A stretch of 32,000 nt of DNA from Candidatus Heimdallarchaeota archaeon (GCA_030149205.1 JASBSB010000001.1:390001-422000), one strand, 5' to 3'. Shown: positions 8,362 to 17,492, counted from the stretch's first letter. A program made the numbers and translations. Notes: generated by a model not told the origin, from the sequence alone.

Positions 8362-9408
8362 ATGGTAACTCAAGCTGAGATGAACCTAATCACAGGAGTT
8401 TCATTCATTGTTATAGGTGCGTTATTCAAACTTAAATCAAGGAACAATTTATTCAATAAAGGAGATTCTTGGGCATATTTCGCAATTTTTCATGGGATTG
8501 ATGAAGCTTTTGATTCTTTGAAAAATTATTCTATTTTTTCATCTGTTAAACTCTGGTTTGAAAAGGGCGAAATAATTTTCTTTGCTCTTTCAGCAATTTT
8601 TCTAATAATTGGAACATTGATAGTATTCGACATAATCCCACCAAAGCATGAGCTTGAGCTCGGGTTGATATTTCAAAGTCCATTTGTCTTGTTGGTCTTA
8701 ATTGCTAATGAAACAACAATAGACGTAATTGAAACAGCAAGAGTTTCAATAGGTGGATTTGAGTTTAGTTTAATTGCTCTTAGTTTTGGAGTGATCCCGA
8801 CAATTCCTTTGATAATTGCTCTGCTAATAAATTTCCTCCAAACTAGACGCAAATTCAAAACTATTGGGAACACAAAAATAATTGGATATGTGATAGTTTC
8901 GATGATGCTTACAGCTTATGCGTTTTCTGAACTCTATGCAAGTACCAATAATAATTTTCTGCTTTTAGAAATATTTGCAATTGCAGTAGTTCTTCTTTTC
9001 CCTGTTGAGTATAATCTTTCTGGAGAGAGTGGGGTACAACTATTTGTCCTTTATCACAAAAGTGGAATTCCTGTAACTTCCATACACTTTAATACGAGTA
9101 TAGACAGAGATACTGTTAATCTTGTGACCTCATTTTTGTCAGCAATAAAAACCTTAGTTGAAAATGAACTTGAGCTAGGGGAATTACAAGATATTCAGAC
9201 TGATAAGGGAACTTTGGTGTTAGTTCAATTAGGGGAGTTCATTTTAGCAACTCTCACATCAAGTTCTCCGAAAAAAATCAAAGAAAAATTGTTTCAAATC
9301 TCTGACACTCTTTCTTTAACTCTCAAAGACATTAGACCTGAAATAGTTGATTCAGCCAAAATTGATCAAATTGATACAATGATAATAAAACAACTAGAAC
9401 TACAATGA
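8362..9408 (+). CDS. Seven-TM membrane protein fused to a C-terminal longin/roadblock-like domain
   Basis: About seven hydrophobic segments lie in the first ~220 aa. The region from ~9031 (VQLFVLYHKSGIPV...LVTSFLSAIKTL...LGELQDI...FILA) matches the typical Asgard longin pattern. ATG 8362 is preferred over the track's GTG 8353 because GGTG/GGAG lies just upstream. Confidence 0.72.
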   Translation: MVTQAEMNLITGVSFIVIGALFKLKSRNNLFNKGDSWAYFAIFHGIDEAFDSLKNYSIFSSVKLWFEKGEIIFFALSAIFLIIGTLIVFDIIPPKHELELGLIFQSPFVLLVLIANETTIDVIETARVSIGGFEFSLIALSFGVIPTIPLIIALLINFLQTRRKFKTIGNTKIIGYVIVSMMLTAYAFSELYASTNNNFLLLEIFAIAVVLLFPVEYNLSGESGVQLFVLYHKSGIPVTSIHFNTSIDRDTVNLVTSFLSAIKTLVENELELGELQDIQTDKGTLVLVQLGEFILATLTSSSPKKIKEKLFQISDTLSLTLKDIRPEIVDSAKIDQIDTMIIKQLELQ

Positions 9409-9474
9409 AGAGAACCAAACTTTACATTTGATTTATTTTTTATCGAATTGAATTATTTTCATGAGATGTTAGAT

Positions 9475-10107
9475 CTATCTTGCACCTTCTGCAGCATCAA
9501 AGAGAATTGAAGCAGCTAAAATTAGTCTACGATCCAATTTTGCATCTGGTGATACTGTCATTGTATAATTGTCTCTAAGTTTCGCAAGTCGGTTGTATTC
9601 CCCTATCTTGTTTCCGTTAATATCAAATATCTCAAAATGCAGTCTCATAAATATTTGAAGTATTGGTCCAATAATTGGTATTACGGATAGGATTCCGAAT
9701 TTTCGAACAATGGTCTTGAACATAGATTTAGCGCTTGCCCATCCAATAACTTCACCTGATTCTGTCTGAAACTCCCATCTTTCTCTTAACAAACTATGCC
9801 AAAACCTTCTTTTGAGGACTCCAACCATTTCATTATTTTCTAAATCATGAACCCTAAATCTAGCCCAGGCATCTAAGAAGGTCTCATCATAAAGAATAAT
9901 TATTGGATGAGATTTCGTATCTGGATCATCAAAGATAACTACATCCTTATGGAAAAAGAATCTAGCTCTTTTTGCCCAGAATAGTTTTTGATCAGTAGCT
10001 CTATCCTTGATATCATATGCTTCTTGAAACGTAAATAACCTCCTTATACTTTGGGTTACTAACAGTTCATTGAATACTAGTTTTTCTTCTGTTGTTTTTT
10101 CCAACAT
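9475..10107 (-). CDS. LURP-one/phospholipid-scramblase (tubby C-terminal-like) family protein
   Basis: Repeated beta-hairpin pattern (YDIKD...LFWAK; FRVHD...VGVLKRRF; FEIFD..GNKIGEY) and a terminal hydrophobic helix DRRLILAASILFD. Confidence 0.72.
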   Translation of the reverse strand: MLEKTTEEKLVFNELLVTQSIRRLFTFQEAYDIKDRATDQKLFWAKRARFFFHKDVVIFDDPDTKSHPIIILYDETFLDAWARFRVHDLENNEMVGVLKRRFWHSLLRERWEFQTESGEVIGWASAKSMFKTIVRKFGILSVIPIIGPILQIFMRLHFEIFDINGNKIGEYNRLAKLRDNYTMTVSPDAKLDRRLILAASILFDAAEGAR

Positions 10108-10245
10108 TAATCAAATTTCTATTTTTTCAGTTCTTAAATTTTTCCACCACCAAAAATTAGGATGGGTGCTTTCTCAATTTAATTTTACGTTACTTTTTGG
10201 TATATTATAATAAGATATTAATTCTAAGGAGTTTAGATATAATTA

Positions 10246-11091
10246 ATGCCTGAGGGCCCAGAAGTTGAAATTGTTAAAAGAGGGTTGTTAGCAATAAAAA
10301 ACCAGCAAATTTCACAAATAATTGTATCAAACCACCCGAAATACAACCTTATTCAAGATAGACTTTCTCACATCTCAAGGGTTTTAGATATACATAGAAT
10401 TGGAAAATTTTTGATTTGGGAATTTGATTCAAACGTTTTTGCAATTAACCATCTTGGAATGACCGGTATTTGGTCTATTCAGAATACAAAAGAAGAGAGT
10501 AATTTACAAGAACTTGTTTTAAAGAAACATTTCAAACTAGGCTTTCACTGTGATTCTGGGGATTTTTTCATGTTTGAGGATATTCGAACATTTGGTAGAT
10601 TTGAAATTTATAATGATGACCCTAGAAAATTTCATCCAACGTTAGTAAATATGGGACCTGATATCCTTGATAAAAATTTTAGCAATGTTGAATTTTCAAA
10701 ACGTTTGAAAGGAAAGGGGTCAAGGGGGAGATCCGCTGAAATTGGAAATGCTTTGCTCAACCAATCAATAATTGCAGGATGTGGAAATATTTACAAATCA
10801 GAATCATTATTTTTAAGTAACATAGATCCAAGAAGAAAGGTAAACACATTATCTGACACAGAGATGAACAAATTAGGAGAATCACTTCAAATTGTTGCAA
10901 AGAAAGCCTTAGAAGCAGGGGGATCTACAATACGTGATTTTGTTACAGTAGATGGGTATGATGGATTAATGCAGAATGAGTTTAAAATTTACGGGAAAGA
11001 AAATGAGCCTTGCCCAAACTGCCAATCAACTATTATAAAGATTAAGCAAGGAGGGAGATCAACATATTTATGCGCAAAATGTCAAAAATAA
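10246..11091 (+). CDS. mutM: Formamidopyrimidine-DNA glycosylase/AP lyase (Fpg)
   Basis: N-terminal catalytic MPEGPEV, HLGMTG, FEDIRTFG, H2TH motif LLNQSIIAGCGNIYKSESLF, GGSTIRDF loop, and C4 zinc finger CPNC...GGRSTYLCAKCQ. Confidence 0.93.
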   Translation: MPEGPEVEIVKRGLLAIKNQQISQIIVSNHPKYNLIQDRLSHISRVLDIHRIGKFLIWEFDSNVFAINHLGMTGIWSIQNTKEESNLQELVLKKHFKLGFHCDSGDFFMFEDIRTFGRFEIYNDDPRKFHPTLVNMGPDILDKNFSNVEFSKRLKGKGSRGRSAEIGNALLNQSIIAGCGNIYKSESLFLSNIDPRRKVNTLSDTEMNKLGESLQIVAKKALEAGGSTIRDFVTVDGYDGLMQNEFKIYGKENEPCPNCQSTIIKIKQGGRSTYLCAKCQK

Positions 11092-11152
11092 ATCATTTAA
11101 AATCAAGATTAATAAAAATTTATATATTCAAGGTCTCCTCGAAGAATTTTAG

Positions 11153-11587
11153 ATGGTTTTAGATAGTCGATCCATTTATCCCATTTTTTTGGGTATTTCT
11201 GTAATTGCCATTATTAACCATTGGCCACTTTTATTTTACCCATTAACTCTTCTTGTTTTTATCCCCATGCTAGTCAATGTATTTACAATGAAGTCTAATT
11301 ACAGGTACAACCTTAAAATTATAATTTATATTATACTGACTGATGGTGCTTTAATGCTTTATCTAACTTTGACACTCCCGGCATTCGGTCTGTTTTTTGT
11401 TGTAATACCTGTATTCTATTGGATAGTGTTAATAATATTTTATTACACGATTAAGAGGGAGGTTAAGATAATTTCAAGACCCATATTTACTATGAATGAT
11501 GATGATGCTTACAGAGCAAGAAAAGCGATGATAACCAGACATCCTGAGGACATTATAAACATCCAAAAATACAAAAAATTCAGCTAA
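11153..11587 (+). CDS. Hypothetical membrane protein (about 3-4 TM)
   Basis: 144-aa ORF with hydrophobic segments. It overlaps the convergent ORF by 4 nt. Confidence 0.65.
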   Translation: MVLDSRSIYPIFLGISVIAIINHWPLLFYPLTLLVFIPMLVNVFTMKSNYRYNLKIIIYIILTDGALMLYLTLTLPAFGLFFVVIPVFYWIVLIIFYYTIKREVKIISRPIFTMNDDDAYRARKAMITRHPEDIINIQKYKKFS

Positions 11588-12912
11588 AACCACGGGTGCA
11601 AAATCTGTTGGTTTAACTCATTTACGTAACGAACAGCATATGGGATAAATTGGAGCATCCGCAATTCTATTGACCATATTTTACCCTTCTCTTTTATATA
11701 AAATATATTTTTTTGATCTGGATAAGTGTTGACCAATTTATGTATCCATCCAATAAAACTAAAACTTCCATCTGAATACCTCGGTTGATTTATCAGTCTA
11801 CCCTGAGCATCTCTTTCTTCTAAGATTAATTCATCATCAAGTTCTTTTGAAATTTGTATTAGGATTGCATCGAGCCTATTTATAACTGCAAGGTCCCTAT
11901 ACAATAGAGAATATTGGAACAGTGAATTGAGGCTGTTTAAGCTATTCTCTACCCATTTTTTATATCCGTATCTTGGTCCATCAGGTTTGTTGTTGCTGCG
12001 TTTTAAAATGGTTCCAAAATGTTTAATCTGGTAATTAATGAATCCGTCCAATGTCATTTCTTCTTGTGTGATTCCTCCAAATCTATATCTAGCCCAGGGG
12101 GTTAGATTGTATGCAGTCTTTTTCGGGTTGAAGGTGAAATTTGGAACATTGAAATATGTCAAATAGATCTCTAAGTTCTTGTATAGTTCATATGCAAATT
12201 TTAATTCAATTCCCAAAACCCGTCGAAAGATTCGGGTGTCACTTAATAAATGAACAACAACATCATCGAAAGGTGAATTAGTCACACGTTTGAGCTCTTC
12301 AGTTTGATCATATCGTAAACACACATAGCCTACAAACATGAAAATCCAAATTGACATTTTACTTTCGATTTGTTTATCATTTATAGATTTGAGATAGTTG
12401 GTGAAAATTTGTTTGTAGTCAATTGTATCCCTCAACAAGAGGTATTCACTTTCTAGTGCTGTGACTTTAGCTACCATTTTTTCAAATTGAAAGGTTGGTA
12501 CTCTTACATCACCTCGACCATCTGCTTGTAAGGCTAAAGAAAGTTCATCTTCACCCATGTTAATTTCTTTGATCATTTTGTTTAAAAACCATAATTGACC
12601 GTTGAATCCCTCGGAAATTACATCTTTGACAAAATCATTAAAACTAATCAATGGGAAAGGTATTGAAAAAAAAGAACCAAATAAGACTGGTAGAGAATCT
12701 ATTAGTGAATTAATGGTTGGATAAAACTTGGTCTTCGTTCGTCTAATATTAAGCTTAACTTTTTGTCTTTTCTCCCGGATTTTTTTATTCTTCTGAATCT
12801 CCCTCAATTCATCCTCTCCAATCTCATCAATGGCATTAGACTCAGGTTTCAAATCATTATCATTTGACTCTTCTGAACTTGAGTTAAAGTTTAGATTGGG
12901 AGGATTAGACAA
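11584..12912 (-). CDS. Hypothetical protein (442 aa, acidic then basic N-terminus), probably co-transcribed with the upstream Hsp70-like gene
   Basis: Long ORF. The TTG start is preceded by AGGTG at SD spacing and lies 10 nt from the upstream stop. No family was recognised. Confidence 0.75.
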   Translation of the reverse strand: MSNPPNLNFNSSSEESNDNDLKPESNAIDEIGEDELREIQKNKKIREKRQKVKLNIRRTKTKFYPTINSLIDSLPVLFGSFFSIPFPLISFNDFVKDVISEGFNGQLWFLNKMIKEINMGEDELSLALQADGRGDVRVPTFQFEKMVAKVTALESEYLLLRDTIDYKQIFTNYLKSINDKQIESKMSIWIFMFVGYVCLRYDQTEELKRVTNSPFDDVVVHLLSDTRIFRRVLGIELKFAYELYKNLEIYLTYFNVPNFTFNPKKTAYNLTPWARYRFGGITQEEMTLDGFINYQIKHFGTILKRSNNKPDGPRYGYKKWVENSLNSLNSLFQYSLLYRDLAVINRLDAILIQISKELDDELILEERDAQGRLINQPRYSDGSFSFIGWIHKLVNTYPDQKNIFYIKEKGKIWSIELRMLQFIPYAVRYVNELNQQILHPWF

Positions 12913-12922
12913 GTTTATGCAC

Positions 12923-15715
12923 CTAAATTATAGGGAAAAGTTCAATGTAATCATTCTGAGATGGACTAACATCCTTTTCTGAGACTGTAATACAAAGCCA
13001 ACCGTTATCACGAACACCTATTCTAATTACCGGGTTCTCTAAATCTTTGGTGTCTACAATTAAAGGAAAGTCAAGGACTGGTTCGAAATCAAAAAACTCT
13101 GTTGTTAACAACTCAGTCTTTAATATATTTATATCATTTTCTTGAATTTTTGAGTAGTTTAACCTCTTGATCCATAAGTCCAAAATTAAGCTATGAAACT
13201 CAAAATTCTTTTTAACCTCAATTTTCTTTACTTCATTGTAAATCCCTTCTTTCTCGTCAATTAACGGAAGAAGACTTAGCATTCCCGAAGATGCTGTGTT
13301 TGTTTGAATGGAATCTCCAGGATTTGAGATTATATTTTGGCCATTCCCAAAGATTCCAGCTCCAAGAGAAAGGTGGTTCTTGTTATCCTCAACAATTAAT
13401 TTCACTTTTTTATCTAATAAATTGTAAATATATTCTTGAAACAATGGCCAGTTTGCGCCTCCTCCAGAGAGAATAACTTGATTTAGCTTTTCGAGTTCAA
13501 AATTTTCTTCAGAAATTATCGCAAGTAAATCTCGCATTAAGAATTGTAATGCTATAAAAACTGAATTCTCTTCATCAATGATCACTTCTGATTTGTCTTT
13601 GGGTTCCCCAAGGATTTTAATTTTTAAAGGGCTTTCTGTGTATTTTTCTTCAGTTAGTTCAAATTCTTTAGATAAGGTCTGTTTAATTTCTGAAAACACC
13701 TTGTAGTCGCAGTATGATCTATTTATGTTTAATTTTGAAAGATGTGTCGAAATTTCATTGTCGTAAGAATTCATTCCTTTTCCTAATGAAAGAGACACGG
13801 AACTTATTGGAGCCTCTTCTACCCCTTCTAACAAACTATCAATTTTTCTCTTTCTACTTTTATTGCTAGGAATATCAACCAATGAACCAGTAATATGAGT
13901 GTCTCCGAGGTCTAACACTATTGATTTGCCTTCCTCCTTGTATGCACGAAAGGATGCCAAAGTTGAAGCTAAACTAGCTTCCAATCCATAGATTTGATTA
14001 AACCCAAATTCAGTGAGGAAGTTATGAAACCATCGTCTGTATTCTACAGTGGTATGTTTCTCAAAGGTAAAAGTTGCAACTTGAACTGAATATTTTAACT
14101 CGGCTAAGATCCTTTTGATCACCTTTCTAAGAAAATCCTCAGTAGCCTTTCTTGGAGTTATTGTTAAATTTCTTACTCTAATACTATCTAAGGAGTCTTC
14201 TTGTATTAGTTGTTTTAAATTAAACATAGTTAGGTCACTGTTAACCACTTCAGAATTTTCCATTGAAATTTCGTCTCCAACTAAAAATTGGTCAGGGGTT
14301 ATGTAGGATACTACAGTGGGTTGAACAATATGTAAAAGTTCATGACCACAATCAGAGGGGACAATGGAAATTTTGGTTTCTGTATTCCCAAAATCTATCC
14401 CCAATGTGCAACACCCATGGGGTGTTCTTCCTTGGAGAGGTTCACTTTCCTTTATATCAAATACGTTAAAAGACCTACCGTGATGTAGATCTGTTAATAG
14501 TTTTAGTGTTTCTAGGATTCGTTTTTGAAGTCCAGATAGTGAACTTATCAGAGTCTGGAGTGAGTCATCAATTAAATGCGTATGTTGATTTAGTGGAATC
14601 AAAAACATCGCCAGGGTATCCATATCAACAGAATAATTTTGCCCCTTGCTTTTGATTGTTATATACAGACCATCCTCATCCATTAAGAACGAGGATACTG
14701 AATTTGCATGTGCAACAATTTCTGCAAGAAGGATTCCATTTGTGGAATAAACTGGGATATGAAGCTTTCCTGTGAAATTTGAATATCTAACTCTTTCATC
14801 ATAAATTGCTAGATTTAGCTCCCTATCAACTAAATTAAACCTACCACGATCTACAAACTCCATATCAGGAATTCGATCAGGCCTTGTATATACTATTTGA
14901 GTGACATTTATTTCAACAAACTTTGATTGACGGTCAGCTTCTGATAAAAATTCAAACTCTCCGGTCTTTTTATCCTCTTTTGTTATTGCCAAATTTAGAA
15001 TCCAAGAGACACCATCCCACCCATTTTCTCCTAGGTATTCACTTAAAAGTTCGAAGAAGTAACGACTCTCTTTTGATTCTGGTCTCCAATCCTCTTTGTT
15101 GAGAATTTTCATTAATTCACTGACAAAGGGGAAAGGGTATTCTAAGACACTCTTCCAGAGAGTATTAAAATCTTTCTTACTCAGTAATTCAGCAATTGTT
15201 GGTTTTGAGACTCCAACATATCTTAATCTTTTTTTCTTAAATAATTTTTCTGACAGTTTACCTGCCCTTTCGAATATCAAACTTCCCAGTGATGGGTCAA
15301 GAGTCTGTAAATAATGTTCAAGCTCTACAAGATCAGGATCAATCTCCAGGAGTAAATCAATTTCATCAAGCATGACTAATGTCGCTGACAACGTTGATCG
15401 TTTGATCTTATCCCAGTTTGCTTCTATCGTTTCCTTTACAAACGATTTGAGACTAGGGAGAGGGTGACTTATCCATAGGTCCAATACCTGTTCTCTTTTA
15501 AAAGATGGCAAAAATCTCTGTACGTGATCTAAAGCCAGCTTTCGCACTTCATCAGACTCATGATGATCAATTATTTCAAATATTTGTACTAAAGTTGTCT
15601 CATTTTTGGATCTCAGCCAATCTTTAAAGAGGTCAGAGAATGCGATTAATTCCTCTTCAGTTGGGTTCTCGATATATCTGGAGTTTAATAGTTCATAGGT
15701 TTCTGTTTGTTCTAT
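12923..15715 (-). CDS. Large multidomain protein: helical/HEAT-like N-terminus, degenerate WD40-like segment, atypical Hsp70/actin-fold ATPase domain
   Basis: Hsp70-like motifs LGIDFGNTETK, LEASLA (EPTAAA position), IVLDLGDT, VILSGGGANWP and LSLGAG. The frame stays open 56 codons upstream of the track's GTG (15547) to ATA 15715, which sits 7 nt behind GAGAGGAG. The start codon is uncertain. Confidence 0.75.
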   Translation of the reverse strand: MEQTETYELLNSRYIENPTEEELIAFSDLFKDWLRSKNETTLVQIFEIIDHHESDEVRKLALDHVQRFLPSFKREQVLDLWISHPLPSLKSFVKETIEANWDKIKRSTLSATLVMLDEIDLLLEIDPDLVELEHYLQTLDPSLGSLIFERAGKLSEKLFKKKRLRYVGVSKPTIAELLSKKDFNTLWKSVLEYPFPFVSELMKILNKEDWRPESKESRYFFELLSEYLGENGWDGVSWILNLAITKEDKKTGEFEFLSEADRQSKFVEINVTQIVYTRPDRIPDMEFVDRGRFNLVDRELNLAIYDERVRYSNFTGKLHIPVYSTNGILLAEIVAHANSVSSFLMDEDGLYITIKSKGQNYSVDMDTLAMFLIPLNQHTHLIDDSLQTLISSLSGLQKRILETLKLLTDLHHGRSFNVFDIKESEPLQGRTPHGCCTLGIDFGNTETKISIVPSDCGHELLHIVQPTVVSYITPDQFLVGDEISMENSEVVNSDLTMFNLKQLIQEDSLDSIRVRNLTITPRKATEDFLRKVIKRILAELKYSVQVATFTFEKHTTVEYRRWFHNFLTEFGFNQIYGLEASLASTLASFRAYKEEGKSIVLDLGDTHITGSLVDIPSNKSRKRKIDSLLEGVEEAPISSVSLSLGKGMNSYDNEISTHLSKLNINRSYCDYKVFSEIKQTLSKEFELTEEKYTESPLKIKILGEPKDKSEVIIDEENSVFIALQFLMRDLLAIISEENFELEKLNQVILSGGGANWPLFQEYIYNLLDKKVKLIVEDNKNHLSLGAGIFGNGQNIISNPGDSIQTNTASSGMLSLLPLIDEKEGIYNEVKKIEVKKNFEFHSLILDLWIKRLNYSKIQENDINILKTELLTTEFFDFEPVLDFPLIVDTKDLENPVIRIGVRDNGWLCITVSEKDVSPSQNDYIELFPII

Positions 15716-15834
15716 CTTGCATCTCCTCTCTTATTTTGAATAAATCAACAAAGACTCTTCTATCTAAATTTTAATTTGAGTTTAGAAAATAAAAACCCTT
15801 TTATGAACTGCAATACATTAGAGTACATCTAATA

Positions 15835-16632
15835 ATGATCAATATTGGAACTACTGGATGGTCATACAATTTTTGGCGAAAGGACTTTTACCCTCGAGGA
15901 ACTAAGGATTTATTGGAATACTATAGTAAGAACTCAAGCATCACAGAGGTGAATTCAACTTTTTATCAAATTCCTTCTGAAAAAACGATTGAAAGATGGA
16001 AAAAAGTAACCCCTGATAAATTTAAATTTACGATTAAAATGTTAAAAGATTTAACTCACAGTAGGGCTGAAGAGGTTAATATCTCTTTACTTAGGAATTT
16101 TTGCCAACCTTTATTAAAATTAGATGAAAAATTAGACGGGATTCTTATTCAATTTCCCTATTCCTTCGATTTTAATGATCAAAATGGGAAATATCTTAAT
16201 GAACTAATAATGAGTATTGAGGACTTAATTCCCACAAATTTGTTTATTGAGATTCGTAATCCTACATGGACTAAGAACCTAATTTCAACTCAAAATTCAT
16301 CGAAGAACTTATACTATGTTTTGACTTCAAAACTTCAGTACCTTAATTTAAAGCCAGAACAAGATATTAATTATGTGAGAATCCTTGGATCTCATAAGGA
16401 ATTTCCTGATAGATTACTTGGAACAAAACGGATAATTAGAGATGATAAATTATTAGATTTTGCCAAGAATCTAATTCTTACCTTGAAAAACAAAGAGACA
16501 AGGATTTATGTAAACAACAGATTCTCAGGCAATGGGGCGATAGATGCAAGAACATTGCATAAAATCTTTTCTAACATGGGATTGGAAGTCTCTGGGTTTG
16601 CCCCTGAGAAGACACTTGAAGATTTTTTTTAG
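15835..16632 (+). CDS. DUF72 family protein (YecE/YunF-like TIM barrel) with a terminal PIP-like motif
   Basis: IGTTGWSYxxW, EVNSTFYQIP, FKFTIK, ILIQFP, EIRNPTW, YVRILG and IYVNN, ending EKTLEDFF. Confidence 0.88.
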   Translation: MINIGTTGWSYNFWRKDFYPRGTKDLLEYYSKNSSITEVNSTFYQIPSEKTIERWKKVTPDKFKFTIKMLKDLTHSRAEEVNISLLRNFCQPLLKLDEKLDGILIQFPYSFDFNDQNGKYLNELIMSIEDLIPTNLFIEIRNPTWTKNLISTQNSSKNLYYVLTSKLQYLNLKPEQDINYVRILGSHKEFPDRLLGTKRIIRDDKLLDFAKNLILTLKNKETRIYVNNRFSGNGAIDARTLHKIFSNMGLEVSGFAPEKTLEDFF

Positions 16633-16673
16633 ATTGCTAAATTCATCTGAAAATTAAAGAATGGTCAGTTTTC

Positions 16674-17408
16674 ATGTATACTATGAATGAAATTGTGGTT
16701 ATATTGAGTGGAGGAATAGACTCTACAACATTGCTTTGGTATTTACAGGCTCAGGGATACATACTCAAAGAGGCATTAACATTTAACTATGGTCAACGAC
16801 ATTCTAAGGAACTTGTTTCAGCTAAATCTGTAGTGAAACAGTTTAATGACTCATTCGAACAAAATCTAATACATAGGATTATTGATATCTCTACTATAAA
16901 GGATCTGATAAGTGCGGGATCATTAACAGGTGATAAAAGTGTCCCGAAGGATTTTTATGACAAAGAATCGCAGAAAACCACAATAGTTCCAAATCGTAAT
17001 GCAATTATGTTGTCTATTGCAGTGGGAAGAGCCGTAACAATAAATGCAAGATATGTTGCTTATGCGGCTCATGCGAGTGATTATAGTGTTTACCCAGATT
17101 GTAGACCAGAATTTATAGATAAGTTTGATGAAGCAATGTATCTTGGAAATCTGTGGACCCCCGTTAACATTCTTGCACCTTTCAAAACAATGAGCAAAAC
17201 TCAGGTCGTAACAGAGGGATTAAAACTGAATATCCCCTATGAACTTACATGGAGCTGTTACGAAGGAAAAGAAAGCCCTTGCCTAGAATGTGGAACTTGT
17301 CTAGAAAGAACAGAGGCATTTTTGGAAAACCAGAAATCAGACCCCTCTCTCACATCAGAACAGTGGGATAAGGCTCAAAAGTTATACAGAAAACATAAAT
17401 CAGAATAA
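16674..17408 (+). CDS. queC: 7-cyano-7-deazaguanine (preQ0) synthase; archaeosine pathway in archaea
   Basis: SGGIDSTT PP-loop, FNYGQRH, VPNRNAIMLS, YPDCRPEF, TWSCY and CxxCxxC (CLECGTC). Confidence 0.96.
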   Translation: MYTMNEIVVILSGGIDSTTLLWYLQAQGYILKEALTFNYGQRHSKELVSAKSVVKQFNDSFEQNLIHRIIDISTIKDLISAGSLTGDKSVPKDFYDKESQKTTIVPNRNAIMLSIAVGRAVTINARYVAYAAHASDYSVYPDCRPEFIDKFDEAMYLGNLWTPVNILAPFKTMSKTQVVTEGLKLNIPYELTWSCYEGKESPCLECGTCLERTEAFLENQKSDPSLTSEQWDKAQKLYRKHKSE

Positions 17409-17492
17409 CCAAGAAATTTAACGAATTGTACTCCTTTTGGGGGTAACAATTCACAATTATTTATATAACATCTTGATGTTCAATAGTTAGAG

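Noticed and set aside
13291-15314. Plus-strand ORFs 13291..13476, 14115..14306, 14263..14469 and 15096..15314
   Set aside because: They are antisense to the large Hsp70-like CDS and have no motifs.
6492-17408. queG-like plus queC as a queuosine operon
   Set aside because: The genes are 9 kb apart on opposite strands, and no queA, queF or tgt is nearby. QueC is explained by archaeosine synthesis, and both tRNAs have G15.
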